Shown here: positions 39,836-49,174 of the stretch, piece after piece | Layout of the letters: each line of letters opens with the position of its first letter | Position numbering within the stretch: the first letter of the stretch is position 1 | From: an uncultured Rickettsiales bacterium | Lineage (GTDB): Bacteria; Pseudomonadota; Alphaproteobacteria; Rickettsiales; RI-342 | Length of the DNA: 64,000 nt | Assembly (NCBI GenBank): GCA_964538615.1 | Contig: CAZIGK010000009.1 | Location: 8,072 to 72,071 of the forward strand | Direction: 5' to 3' | Program-made: the position numbers and the translations under genes | Notes under the pieces: generated by a model | What the model saw: the letters and a program-made list of their open reading frames with translations, nothing else | What the model was told of the DNA's origin: nothing | The model's database searches: none

Positions 39836-40528
39836 ATGGCCACCCACTATGCAAATGCTCACGATGCCCTGCACGGCCTGTTGTTTGACGGCATGACCCT
39901 CATGTCCGGCGGCTTTGGTCTATGCGGTATTGCGGAAAATTGTATTGCTGCCATCCGTGATTCAGGGATCAAAGACCTCACCGTCATCAGTAATAATTGT
40001 GGGGTGGATGATTTTGGCCTCGGACTGCTGTTGCATACCCGCCAGATCAAAAAAATGATTTCCTCCTATGTCGGGGAAAATAAAGAGTTCGAGCGACAAT
40101 ATCTGAGTAACGAGCTGGAACTGGAATTCAACCCGCAAGGCACCTTAGCGGAGCGTATTCGCGCAGGTGGCGCAGGCATTCCTGCCTTCTACACAGCAAC
40201 CGGCTATGGCACCATAGTCGCGGAAGGGAAAGAAACCCGCGAATTCGATGGTCGTCACTACGTAATGGAAACAGGACTCACGGCAGATGTAACCATCATC
40301 CGCGCATGGAAGGCAGACCCGAAAGGCAACCTTATTTTCCGCAAAACCGCCCGTAACTTCAACCCTATCATGGCGACCGCAGGCACCGTGACCGTAGCCG
40401 AAGTGGAAGACATTGTACCGCATCTGGAAGCAGACGCCATTCACACCCCCAGCATTTTCGTGCAACGTATCTTCAAGGCGGAAAAGCTGGAAAAACGCAT
40501 CGAAAAACGCACTCTGAGAGCTGCATAA
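39836..40528 (+). CDS. scoA: 3-oxoacid CoA-transferase subunit A
   Basis: [49 protein letters not shown]. Confidence 0.95.
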   Translation: MATHYANAHDALHGLLFDGMTLMSGGFGLCGIAENCIAAIRDSGIKDLTVISNNCGVDDFGLGLLLHTRQIKKMISSYVGENKEFERQYLSNELELEFNPQGTLAERIRAGGAGIPAFYTATGYGTIVAEGKETREFDGRHYVMETGLTADVTIIRAWKADPKGNLIFRKTARNFNPIMATAGTVTVAEVEDIVPHLEADAIHTPSIFVQRIFKAEKLEKRIEKRTLRAA

Positions 40529-40542
40529 CATACATTTTAACC

Positions 40543-40768
40543 TACGAAGGCCAGTAGGCCGGAATCAGTCTTGAACACGCTTCATGGTGGCGTAGGGCAT
40601 TAAAAAACCCCCAGTGGGGGTTTTTAGCCCGAAGCCCGCGGAGCCTCTGCGTAGCGGAGTAGGCCGAGCCGGAAGCAAACAAAAGTTGTTGTCATACGAA
40701 GGCCAGTAGGCCGGAGTCAGTCTTGAACACGCTTCATGGCGAGGCAAGTAGGCCGAGCCGGAAGCAAA
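40543..40768. repeat. Direct-repeat pair with a REP-like hairpin insert in the first unit
   Basis: 45-bp repeat at 40543-40587 and 40695-40739 (1 mismatch); 22-bp repeat at 40658-40679 and 40747-40768; hairpin aaaaaccccc-agt-gggggttttt only in unit 1. Confidence 0.85.
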
Positions 40769-40784
40769 GCAAAAGGCCACACCT

Positions 40785-41414
40785 ATGCCCTGGACCACCG
40801 AACAAATGTGCCAACGCGCTGCCCGGCATTTCAAACCGGGTTTTTATGCCAATCTGGGCATCGGTATGCCCACACAAGTGGCCAATTACCTGCCAGAGGG
40901 TATGGATGTCACGCTGCATAGCGAAAATGGCATGCTGGGCATGGGACCCTACCCGACCGAAGACACCATTGACCCGGATTTGATCAATGCCGGAAAAGAA
41001 ACCATTACCGAACTGCCAGACAGTGCCTATTTTGATAGTGCTACCTCCTTTGCCATGGTGCGTGGTGGCCATATTGACCTGACCGTACTGGGCGCGTTGG
41101 AAGTTTCGGAACAGGGCGACCTCGCCAATTGGATGGTACCGGGCAAAATGGTCAAGGGCATGGGCGGCGCGATGGATCTGGTCGCCGGAGTGAAAAAAAT
41201 CGTCGTCCTCATGCAGCACAGCGCCAAAGATGGCAGCCCCAAGCTACGCAAACACTGCACCCTGCCACTCACAGGCAAGGGTGTCGTGAATATCGTCATC
41301 ACGGAACTGGGCGAGTTTGAAATTCGCAAAGACGGTGTACATCTCATTGCCAAACCGGATGATGTGACGGTAGATGACATTCAAAGCAAAAGCGGCTGCC
41401 ATATTTCCTACTAG
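40785..41414 (+). CDS. scoB: 3-oxoacid CoA-transferase subunit B
   Basis: NLGIGMPT, catalytic SENG, DLINAGK, RGGHID, ANW..PG..VKGMGGAMDL. Confidence 0.95.
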   Translation: MPWTTEQMCQRAARHFKPGFYANLGIGMPTQVANYLPEGMDVTLHSENGMLGMGPYPTEDTIDPDLINAGKETITELPDSAYFDSATSFAMVRGGHIDLTVLGALEVSEQGDLANWMVPGKMVKGMGGAMDLVAGVKKIVVLMQHSAKDGSPKLRKHCTLPLTGKGVVNIVITELGEFEIRKDGVHLIAKPDDVTVDDIQSKSGCHISY

Positions 41415-41684
41415 CCGTTTGGATATGCCCTTGCTAACATAGCAACAGTTCTTCTTTGCTATTTTTACAGGGCGTCAGACTGCATATGTCCTCCTTAGCT
41501 ATCCTGCCTCCGCGCAATGGTGCTGCCACGGCCAAACGCCGCCGCAGACCCGCCACCCATGCCCCCTGCAAACAGGTGCCACGCAGCCCCCGCTTAAACC
41601 GCCCGATGGGTAAACGCGGGCAACGACAATCTGTCGTCACATCCCACGCTCTGGATGCCATGGACGTATGGCAGGAAGAGAACG

Positions 41685-42476
41685 ATGGCTAGTCCGGCTC
41701 TGTCCCTGACGCTTGGCCTGACCACACTGGCTTGTGCGGCACTGTTGGCGTTTCACGTATCGAAGCAACAGCCTTCTGAACCCTCAGCCGCGGCACAACA
41801 AACCCTTGAAATGGCTCCAGTGACTCAGACCACTCCTGCAACCCAAGCAATACCTTCCCTACATCCGACACAGGTACAGGCTCCGGCGCCGAACCCACCC
41901 TCTCCTTCTGTATCGGCACAGCGGGGGGTTGATGCGGCAGAACCCCTGTTCGATACCCCGACGATAGATCAGCTCAAACAACGTCTGGATTTCTGGTTGA
42001 GGGATGCCCGCCTGCAGGTGCTCAACTCCCTGCCCACCATCACCCTGCCAAGCATAGATATTCCCAGCGTAGGGATGGATTCTTCTCTGGCTCAACAAGG
42101 CAAAAACATCCATAATAACGCAACCGTGGCCTGTCTGAAAGATTTGGTGCGTTGCTACGAACAACACAAGCCAGACCTGCTGGCCAAATGCGAAAAAAAT
42201 GGCAATCCTCTTGCCTGTGTGCAATTAAGCACCTTAGCGCAGGAAACCGGCCATATGGCAGACGCCATCAACCCGCTGCGTCAGGCTTGCGGCGCTCCCG
42301 GCTCTCCCACGTTTGCCGCACCCGGCAGCCCGGAATATTTTACGGCCATGGCCTGCACAACCTTAGGCAACATGGCACAGCAAGCCGGACAGATGGATGT
42401 CGCCAACCAATATTTCAATCTTGGCTGCTCTAAAGGCAACCCACTGGCCTGCACGATGGGCAACAGCGGGTTTTAG
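41685..42476 (+). CDS. Exported or membrane-anchored protein with Cys-rich Sel1-like repeats
   Basis: N-terminal hydrophobic helix, Pro-rich linker, C...GNPLAC..L / AC..LG / YF..GC..GNPLAC repeats. Confidence 0.7.
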   Translation: MASPALSLTLGLTTLACAALLAFHVSKQQPSEPSAAAQQTLEMAPVTQTTPATQAIPSLHPTQVQAPAPNPPSPSVSAQRGVDAAEPLFDTPTIDQLKQRLDFWLRDARLQVLNSLPTITLPSIDIPSVGMDSSLAQQGKNIHNNATVACLKDLVRCYEQHKPDLLAKCEKNGNPLACVQLSTLAQETGHMADAINPLRQACGAPGSPTFAAPGSPEYFTAMACTTLGNMAQQAGQMDVANQYFNLGCSKGNPLACTMGNSGF

Positions 42477-42519
42477 GTCGCTCCGCCTAGCGCAGATAGA
42501 CATTGGTTCCCTATCTTCC

Positions 42520-42903
42520 CTATTCTGTTGGTGGCATCATCGCCTGAAAGAAACAACTGCGTTCCCCGGTATGGCACGCGGCGCCCTCCTGCTGCACCTG
42601 CATCAGCAGGGTATCCCCATCACAATCCAATGCACAGGCCACTAAATGCTGCCTGTGGCCGGAGGTATCTCCCTTCCGCCACAAAGACTGCCGCGACCGT
42701 GACCAATAGGTGACCTCTCCCGTCTGCAATGTCAGACGCAGGCTTTGCGCATTCATCCATGCCATCATTAACACCTGACCATTTTTCGCATCCTGCGCAA
42801 TAGCGGGAATCAGCCCATCCGCATTCCATGTCATCTTGGTCAGCCAGATGTCAATCGCTGCATCCGAGAAAGGTTGCCATAAGGGCATGGGGTCTGGGTG
42901 CAT
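42520..42903 (-). CDS. hisI: Phosphoribosyl-AMP cyclohydrolase
   Basis: [42 protein letters not shown]. Confidence 0.96.
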   Translation of the reverse strand: MHPDPMPLWQPFSDAAIDIWLTKMTWNADGLIPAIAQDAKNGQVLMMAWMNAQSLRLTLQTGEVTYWSRSRQSLWRKGDTSGHRQHLVACALDCDGDTLLMQVQQEGAACHTGERSCFFQAMMPPTE

Positions 42904-43061
42904 AGCTTTGGCTCCTTCTCAACAACATCCACATAGTATCCTCACCCTGCACCATACAGGGAATCCGCATAACCATGCTATCTAACGAATCTGTAACTTG
43001 TGATTCCTGCCCTGACAACCTATAGCTAAAGCAACCATATTCCCTGTCATGGAAAATAACG

Positions 43062-43667
43062 ATGTCCGATTTACCTCAACGCCCCACCCGTGAAGAAGCC
43101 GAAGCTGCTGTCCGTACCCTGTTACGCTGGGCAGGGGATAACCCGGAACGCGAAGGGCTGCTGGATACCCCAAAACGGGTCGTGAAATCCTATGAAGAGT
43201 TTTTTTCCGGTTATTTGCAAAGCCCTGAAGAGATTCTGGAACGCACGTTCGAGGAAGTGGAAGGCTATGACGAAATGGTCATACTGAAGAATATGCGTCT
43301 GGAATCCCACTGCGAACATCACATGGTGCCCATCATTGGGCAAGCTCATGTGGCCTATATTCCCAGCAAGCGGGTGGTGGGCATCAGCAAGCTGGCTCGT
43401 GTGGTAGATGTTTATGCCAAACGCCTGCAAATACAGGAAAAACTCACCGCCCAAATAGCGGATTGCATTCAGCAGGTACTGCAACCGAAAGGAGTTGCCG
43501 TGATTATTGATGCCGCGCACCAGTGCATGACCACACGCGGCGTGCATAAATGCGAAACCAACACCATTACCAGCCGCATGACCGGCCTTTTCAAAACCGA
43601 TCCTCGCACCCGTTCGGAATTTATGACCCTCATTGCCTCTCCCAATCTGGGACGCATGGGCTCATAA
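43062..43667 (+). CDS. folE: GTP cyclohydrolase I
   Basis: [39 protein letters not shown]. Confidence 0.97.
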   Translation: MSDLPQRPTREEAEAAVRTLLRWAGDNPEREGLLDTPKRVVKSYEEFFSGYLQSPEEILERTFEEVEGYDEMVILKNMRLESHCEHHMVPIIGQAHVAYIPSKRVVGISKLARVVDVYAKRLQIQEKLTAQIADCIQQVLQPKGVAVIIDAAHQCMTTRGVHKCETNTITSRMTGLFKTDPRTRSEFMTLIASPNLGRMGS

Positions 43668-43721
43668 ACCCTGCCCCACATAGCAACCGGCTGTTCATCC
43701 CGTGATGAGAGGAATCCGTTC

Positions 43722-43865
43722 GGTTCAATCACCATTGAGTGGAGAATGTGGCGAACATGCTGAACTTCGAGAACCGGAAGTTCCGGTGTACTTACACATA
43801 CATGAAAGCCGGAAGCGCAGACATTTAGCATGTGCGGTTCATTACAGCTAAAGGGCGATTGAACC
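43722..43865. repeat. Palindromic miniature element, type A, copy 2 (144 bp)
   Basis: TIR ggttcaatcacc / ggcgattgaacc; aligns end to end with 4534-4678. Confidence 0.88.
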
Positions 43866-43870
43866 TGACC

Positions 43871-44503
43871 TCAGGCATGCCCCACCTGAGAGGACAAACG
43901 CATCAGGTCAATGCCGCTTCGCTGAGCCGAAAGCGTCCATTTGCTATCATTGAGCGCATCAAAGACCACATCCGCTGATGCAGGCACGGTCAGCCAGCTA
44001 TTTTCTTCGATTTCTTTTTCCAACTGACCGGCACCCCAACCGGCATAGCCTAGCGCAAGCAGGCGTTTCACCGGCCCTGCGCCACGGGCAATATCCCTTA
44101 GCACCTCCACATTAGCGGTCATGGCAATCTGTTCAGAAAGCCGCACCGTCTCCGGGTGATGGTAATCCGCACTATGTAACACAAATCCCCGCGCTGCATC
44201 TACCGGCCCTCCAAAGTGAACAGGGAGATGAATGGGCTGGTCACTGGTGATAATGTGCAATTGCTGAAGCACATCCCTTGGCTGTACCGTTTGCAGTTCG
44301 TTATTGATGATGATGCCCATCGCCCCACTGGCACTGTGCGCGCAGACATAAATCACGCTTTTTTCAAAACAACTACCGACCAAACCGGGCATTGCCACCA
44401 GAAGCTGCCCCTCCAGAGAACCATGCTCATCTATCGGCAGTTTGCGTTGGCAACCTGCATCCTGCATTATTTTCGTTCGTTTGTTGCTCATGGCGTCCTC
44501 CAT
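43871..44503 (-). CDS. YqgE/AlgH family protein
   Basis: GQLLVAMP, F..SVIY.C.H...GAMG, GGPV...RGFVLH, LGYAGW..GQLE.E...N.W, GHA end. Confidence 0.93.
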   Translation of the reverse strand: MEDAMSNKRTKIMQDAGCQRKLPIDEHGSLEGQLLVAMPGLVGSCFEKSVIYVCAHSASGAMGIIINNELQTVQPRDVLQQLHIITSDQPIHLPVHFGGPVDAARGFVLHSADYHHPETVRLSEQIAMTANVEVLRDIARGAGPVKRLLALGYAGWGAGQLEKEIEENSWLTVPASADVVFDALNDSKWTLSAQRSGIDLMRLSSQVGHA

Positions 44504-44836
44504 GATAAGCAGTCATTTGGCCTTCATTCCGTATCCGGCTTTTGCATAGTACGTAGTTTTCATTGCGGCATGTTCAACCCCACCACCGGAGGTAAGCCGC
44601 TTGTTTGTCTTACGTTTACGTCCTCTATACCTAACCTCTGCCAACAAAAAACCAGCGTCAATGCTTCCGTTCCATCATGTACTATAGCATAGATTTTCGC
44701 TTCATTCGATCTGCAAATGGGCAGAAAACATTCCCTCCCTTGTATCTATGCCGACCGGAAACCTAAAGAAGCCATTGCAACTTGCCACGCATTATCTCAC
44801 AATACCAGTTCCTGCATCAACAGAGGACATGGTTTC

Positions 44837-47047
44837 GTGATACATCGGCCACATCTTTCCCGTACCGCCTATTTCCCTGCATCTTCTGTTGTATCCGTTA
44901 TCTTGTTGCAAGGTCTGTTTGTCCTGACTCTGGTCTGGATGCTTTTTGGTGCATCTCCTGCCCTAAGTTTGACCGGATCCTGGCATGAAGATGAACATGC
45001 CCGTCTGCGCCTCCTGCTCACACCGGATCAGGCATATCAGGAGAAACGGGTGCTGGGCGGCTTGCATTTTGTCCTGCAACCCGGCTGGAAAAGCTATTGG
45101 CGTTCCCCCGGTGCGGCAGGGCTGCCACCACGCCTGACCCCCCTACAGTCGGAGAATATTGCAGCCGTCGATATTCTGTTTCCTGCCCCTACCCGTTTTG
45201 TGGAAGACTGGGGACTGGAAACATTTGGTTATAAAGAAGAAATCATTTACCCTCTTGCCATCCAACTCAAAGACCCAACAAAGCCTGCCCGTCTAAAAGC
45301 AACCGTTGACTACATGGTCTGTGCGGATATTTGCGTTCCCTACAGTGCGGAAATACAGGCCGCATGGACACCGGGTGATACGTCTTCGCCAGAAGAAAAA
45401 ACCTTGCTGGCTCGCTACACCAGCCAGCTCCCTGCCCCTAACCTCTGGGCTGAGATTCAGGCGCTAGGCACCGAGAAGAAAGGGGAGAAAACCCTGCTTC
45501 GCGTTCGCGTCAAAGCGGATCACCCACTTTCAAACCCGGATTTATTTGTTGAAGGACCGGATGCGATTGCATTCCCAAAGCCAGAGGTGACACTTTCCAA
45601 AAGCCGTACCCGCGCTACCTTTCTTATTCCCTATGAGCAGGCGTTTCAGGATCAACCTCTGGAGGGTGAAGCCGTCCGCCTGACGCTGGTGGATACCCAT
45701 AAGGCCGTAGAGTTCCCTCCACAAACAGTGGATTATTGGCAGACAACCGATAACACAACCGCAGATGAGGATACCAACAGCACCGCAGCCACCAGCTTGT
45801 GGTCTATGCTATTGCTGGCATTCCTCGGTGGGCTTATCCTGAATGTGATGCCCTGTGTCCTGCCGGTTTTGTCCTTAAAAATCATTGGTGTCATCCGACA
45901 TTCCGACCTGTCACAAACCCAAATTCGCGCCAGTTTTCTGGCATCTGCCACAGGGATTCTCACCTCTTTTCTGCTTCTGGCGTTGATTGCTTTTACCCTG
46001 CAACAGGCAGGGATGTTGGTGGGTTGGGGCATGCATTTTCAGCAACCGGCCTTTATTTTGGGCATGGCACTGGTGATTTTGCTGTTTGCCGCCAATTTAT
46101 GGGGGTTGTTTGAGATTCGCGTGGGACACCATGTCACCGATAAAGTGATGACCACTATAGACGAAGCCGAAGCGGCCAACCGCCACTGGGGACACTTCCT
46201 CTCTGGCATGTTTGCCACCCTGTTAGCCACCCCCTGCACCGCACCCATTCTGGGTACCGCTATCGGCTTTGCCCTCTCTGGTAGCAGCCTGCAATTATTT
46301 TCGCTGTTTTTCACCATGGGTCTGGGGCTTGCGGCTCCTTATTTACTGGTTGCACTCACGCCATCACTGGCACGACTGCTTCCCCGTCCCGGCCGCTGGA
46401 TGAACCACCTCAAACATCTGTTTGGGTTGCTGCTCTGCCTGACATCCATCTGGCTGTTCACCGTCTTCTTTGGACAAGTGGGGCTGATCCCCACACTGGT
46501 CGGGCTGACTTTTGCTATGGATGTGCTGGCACTTCTCTGGCTGCGGCATCAGGGCAAGCTGCACCATTTATCTCCCCGGCATATGCGGGTTATTCTGGCG
46601 GCATCTCTGGTTGCGGCCATAGCCGCGCCCTTGATACTATCGCACCTACTTCCCGCCCCTCTCCATCAGACAAAAGGGGACTCGCTCAGCGGGCATTGGG
46701 TGACCTTTGATGAGTCACGTATCCCCACACTGGTCGCTGAGGGCAAAACCGTGTTTGTGGATGTCACGGCAGACTGGTGCATTAACTGCAAGTTCAACAA
46801 GCTGTTTATTCTGCAAACCCCATCCTTGCAAAGCTTACTGACGGCGGATGATGTAATCACCATGGAGGCAGACTGGACAGGACAGGATGAAACCATTGGC
46901 CGTTACTTAAAAAAGCACGGTCGCTATGGCATTCCGTTCAACATTGTGTATGGTCCGGGTGCACCGGAAGGCGTCCCTCTGCCGGAATTACTTAGTGAAG
47001 AATCTGTCACCGCTGCCTTTGCCAAAGCACGGGGTACAAAAGATTAA
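44837..47047 (+). CDS. Protein-disulfide reductase DsbD family (start uncertain)
   Basis: GWKSYWRSPG.AG, C.DICVP, LN.MPCVLPVL..K, ATPCTAP, PRPG.WM, TADWCINCK, GIPFN. Confidence 0.92.
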   Translation: MIHRPHLSRTAYFPASSVVSVILLQGLFVLTLVWMLFGASPALSLTGSWHEDEHARLRLLLTPDQAYQEKRVLGGLHFVLQPGWKSYWRSPGAAGLPPRLTPLQSENIAAVDILFPAPTRFVEDWGLETFGYKEEIIYPLAIQLKDPTKPARLKATVDYMVCADICVPYSAEIQAAWTPGDTSSPEEKTLLARYTSQLPAPNLWAEIQALGTEKKGEKTLLRVRVKADHPLSNPDLFVEGPDAIAFPKPEVTLSKSRTRATFLIPYEQAFQDQPLEGEAVRLTLVDTHKAVEFPPQTVDYWQTTDNTTADEDTNSTAATSLWSMLLLAFLGGLILNVMPCVLPVLSLKIIGVIRHSDLSQTQIRASFLASATGILTSFLLLALIAFTLQQAGMLVGWGMHFQQPAFILGMALVILLFAANLWGLFEIRVGHHVTDKVMTTIDEAEAANRHWGHFLSGMFATLLATPCTAPILGTAIGFALSGSSLQLFSLFFTMGLGLAAPYLLVALTPSLARLLPRPGRWMNHLKHLFGLLLCLTSIWLFTVFFGQVGLIPTLVGLTFAMDVLALLWLRHQGKLHHLSPRHMRVILAASLVAAIAAPLILSHLLPAPLHQTKGDSLSGHWVTFDESRIPTLVAEGKTVFVDVTADWCINCKFNKLFILQTPSLQSLLTADDVITMEADWTGQDETIGRYLKKHGRYGIPFNIVYGPGAPEGVPLPELLSEESVTAAFAKARGTKD

Positions 47048-47117
47048 AGCTTTCATAAGGAATCTGTGGTATTTTAGATACATTCAATAGAATACAGAAA
47101 CACAGGGACAGAGCATT

Positions 47118-48233
47118 ATGAATGCGGATTTTGCACAATTGCCGCACACCATGCCAAAAGAACTGCGTATCCGCCTTGCGGAGAAAATGACGCAGGGCTA
47201 TCGTAACCGCCAGCTATCAGAGTCCGATCGCAAGGTCGCGTTACAACTATTCCACCTACTGGCGGAAGATGTGGAGTTACGCATCCGCCAGATTCTGGCG
47301 GAAGAGCTGAAACAAGCGCCCGATCTCCCGCGGGATATCGCCTTGAAACTGGCACAGGATGTTGATAGCACCGTGGCCAGCCCAATGCTGCGCCATAGTC
47401 AGGCACTGACCGATGACGATCTGGAGCGGATTATTCATGCAACCGAAAATGCCGCCTGCCTGCTCGCTATTGCGGGTCGGGAAACCGTCTCTGCCCGTGT
47501 GGGGGAAACGCTGGTTGGCAAAGGTCATCTGGAAGTCGCGGCAGAACTGGCGCGTAACCACGGGGCAGATATTAGCGAATCCGTGGCATTAAAAGCTGCC
47601 GAAGTGTTTGGAGACCAGCCCTCCCTGCTGCACGCCCTGATAGAGCGTAGCGCCCTACCCGCAGACGTCGCAGAGAAAATGGTAGTTCTGGTCAGTGATT
47701 CCGTGCGACAGGAACTAACAAAAAAATATGCCATTCAGCCCAAAACCGCTGAACGCGCAGTTGAAGCCACCCGCGAGCGTATGGTGGCAGACATGTTGCG
47801 CCCAGGGCAAATGAACTGGCTGGAAACCACGCAATTCGTCAATCACCTCTTTCATTCCGGGCGCCTGACCCATTCCCTGCTCATGCAGGCGATTTGTCTG
47901 GGCAATATGCCATTCGTGGAATCCGCTCTCGCTCACATGGCAGATATTTCCGTCGATAATGTACGCAAACTGATGCAGGATAAAGGGCCGCTGGGCTTCC
48001 GTGCACTCTACAAGGCAGCCAACCTGCCCTCCAGCCTGTATGATGCTATTTCGACCGTCCTGCGCCTCGCGCTGGAGGAAACCCATGGCGGGGAAATCCC
48101 ACCCCCCGATTACCGGGAACGCATGATGCGCCGTATCATGTCTGCTGGCTACCACGAACAGATTGATAACATGCCGTTTCTGCTTACCATTCTGTCCCAT
48201 AAGCCAGATGCATTATCCTCGCAGGCGCATTAA
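47118..48233 (+). CDS. DUF2336 domain protein
   Basis: L..D.E..IR..LAE.L, LAQD....VA.PML..S..L.D.DL, AIAGR..VS, GRLT.SLL. Confidence 0.85.
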   Translation: MNADFAQLPHTMPKELRIRLAEKMTQGYRNRQLSESDRKVALQLFHLLAEDVELRIRQILAEELKQAPDLPRDIALKLAQDVDSTVASPMLRHSQALTDDDLERIIHATENAACLLAIAGRETVSARVGETLVGKGHLEVAAELARNHGADISESVALKAAEVFGDQPSLLHALIERSALPADVAEKMVVLVSDSVRQELTKKYAIQPKTAERAVEATRERMVADMLRPGQMNWLETTQFVNHLFHSGRLTHSLLMQAICLGNMPFVESALAHMADISVDNVRKLMQDKGPLGFRALYKAANLPSSLYDAISTVLRLALEETHGGEIPPPDYRERMMRRIMSAGYHEQIDNMPFLLTILSHKPDALSSQAH

Positions 48234-48373
48234 AGAAAGATAGCATCTTTACTTTTTACTCCACAGAAAACGTTGACTTTATCGCCAGACTCGCCTTAAA
48301 GGTAAAAGGGGGATATTGCACATATCTTGAAAGTTTTGTGCATCCCTGTTCCCTATTCCTCTGGTCGTGAAAG

Positions 48374-49174
48374 GTGACTCTCATGCGTAGCCTGCCTTAT
48401 GCCATCGTGGCGGATGAAACCCCCAAAGCTCAGGAAGCCCTGAAAGCACTGGAGGCGGAATATCGCTTTCTGGATTACCGTCATGAACTTAAATTGGCGG
48501 AAGGCATTGTCGCTCTGGGGGGGGATGGCTTCATGCTGCAAACCCTGCACCGCTTCACAAAACGCAACTTACCCATCTACGGTATGAACTGCGGCACTGT
48601 CGGTTTTCTCATGAACCGCTTTTGCGTAGAGCATCTGGCGGAACGGCTGGTCGCCGCCAAACCAAACATTCTGCGCCCCTTGCGGATGTTTGTGCAAACC
48701 GTGGATGGCAAGCAACATCAGGCTCTCGGCATTAATGAGGTCTCGTTGCACCGCCAGGTTCGGCAAGCGGCAAAAATTCGTGTGGTCATTGACCACGTGG
48801 TTCGCCTGCAAGAACTGGTCTGCGATGGTGTACTGGTCGCAACACCTGCGGGCAGCACCGCCTACAACCTCTCGGCCAATGGCCCCATTCTGCCTATGGG
48901 TTCATCCATGCTCACCCTCACCCCCATCAGCCCATTCCGCCCGCGTCACTGGCGGGGGGCTATTCTGCCGGATAACGTCACCATGCATTTCGATGTAATT
49001 GACCCGGAACACCGCCCGGTCAGTGCTGTCGCCGACTTTACGGAAATCCGCAATGTCGCAGCCGTGGAAGTGGGAGTGGATTCCCGCCGCCAGATGACCC
49101 TGCTGTTTGATCTGGAACATAATCTGGAAGAGCGGATTCTGAAGGAACAATTCATGGGTTCCCACACGAATTAA
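48374..49174 (+). CDS. nadK: NAD kinase
   Basis: ALGGDG, G.N.G.VGFLMN, NEVS, DG..VATPAGSTAYNLSA.GP, LEERIL.EQF. Confidence 0.95.
   Translation: MTLMRSLPYAIVADETPKAQEALKALEAEYRFLDYRHELKLAEGIVALGGDGFMLQTLHRFTKRNLPIYGMNCGTVGFLMNRFCVEHLAERLVAAKPNILRPLRMFVQTVDGKQHQALGINEVSLHRQVRQAAKIRVVIDHVVRLQELVCDGVLVATPAGSTAYNLSANGPILPMGSSMLTLTPISPFRPRHWRGAILPDNVTMHFDVIDPEHRPVSAVADFTEIRNVAAVEVGVDSRRQMTLLFDLEHNLEERILKEQFMGSHTN

Noticed and set aside
40543-40768. Possible mini CRISPR array
   Set aside because: Only two units, repeat lengths 45 and 22 bp, irregular spacing, no cas genes
47044-47058. CtrA-like TTAA-N7-ATAA upstream of DUF2336 (and a TTAACCAT half-site near 19550)
   Set aside because: Imperfect short matches in AT-rich DNA; cannot be separated from chance
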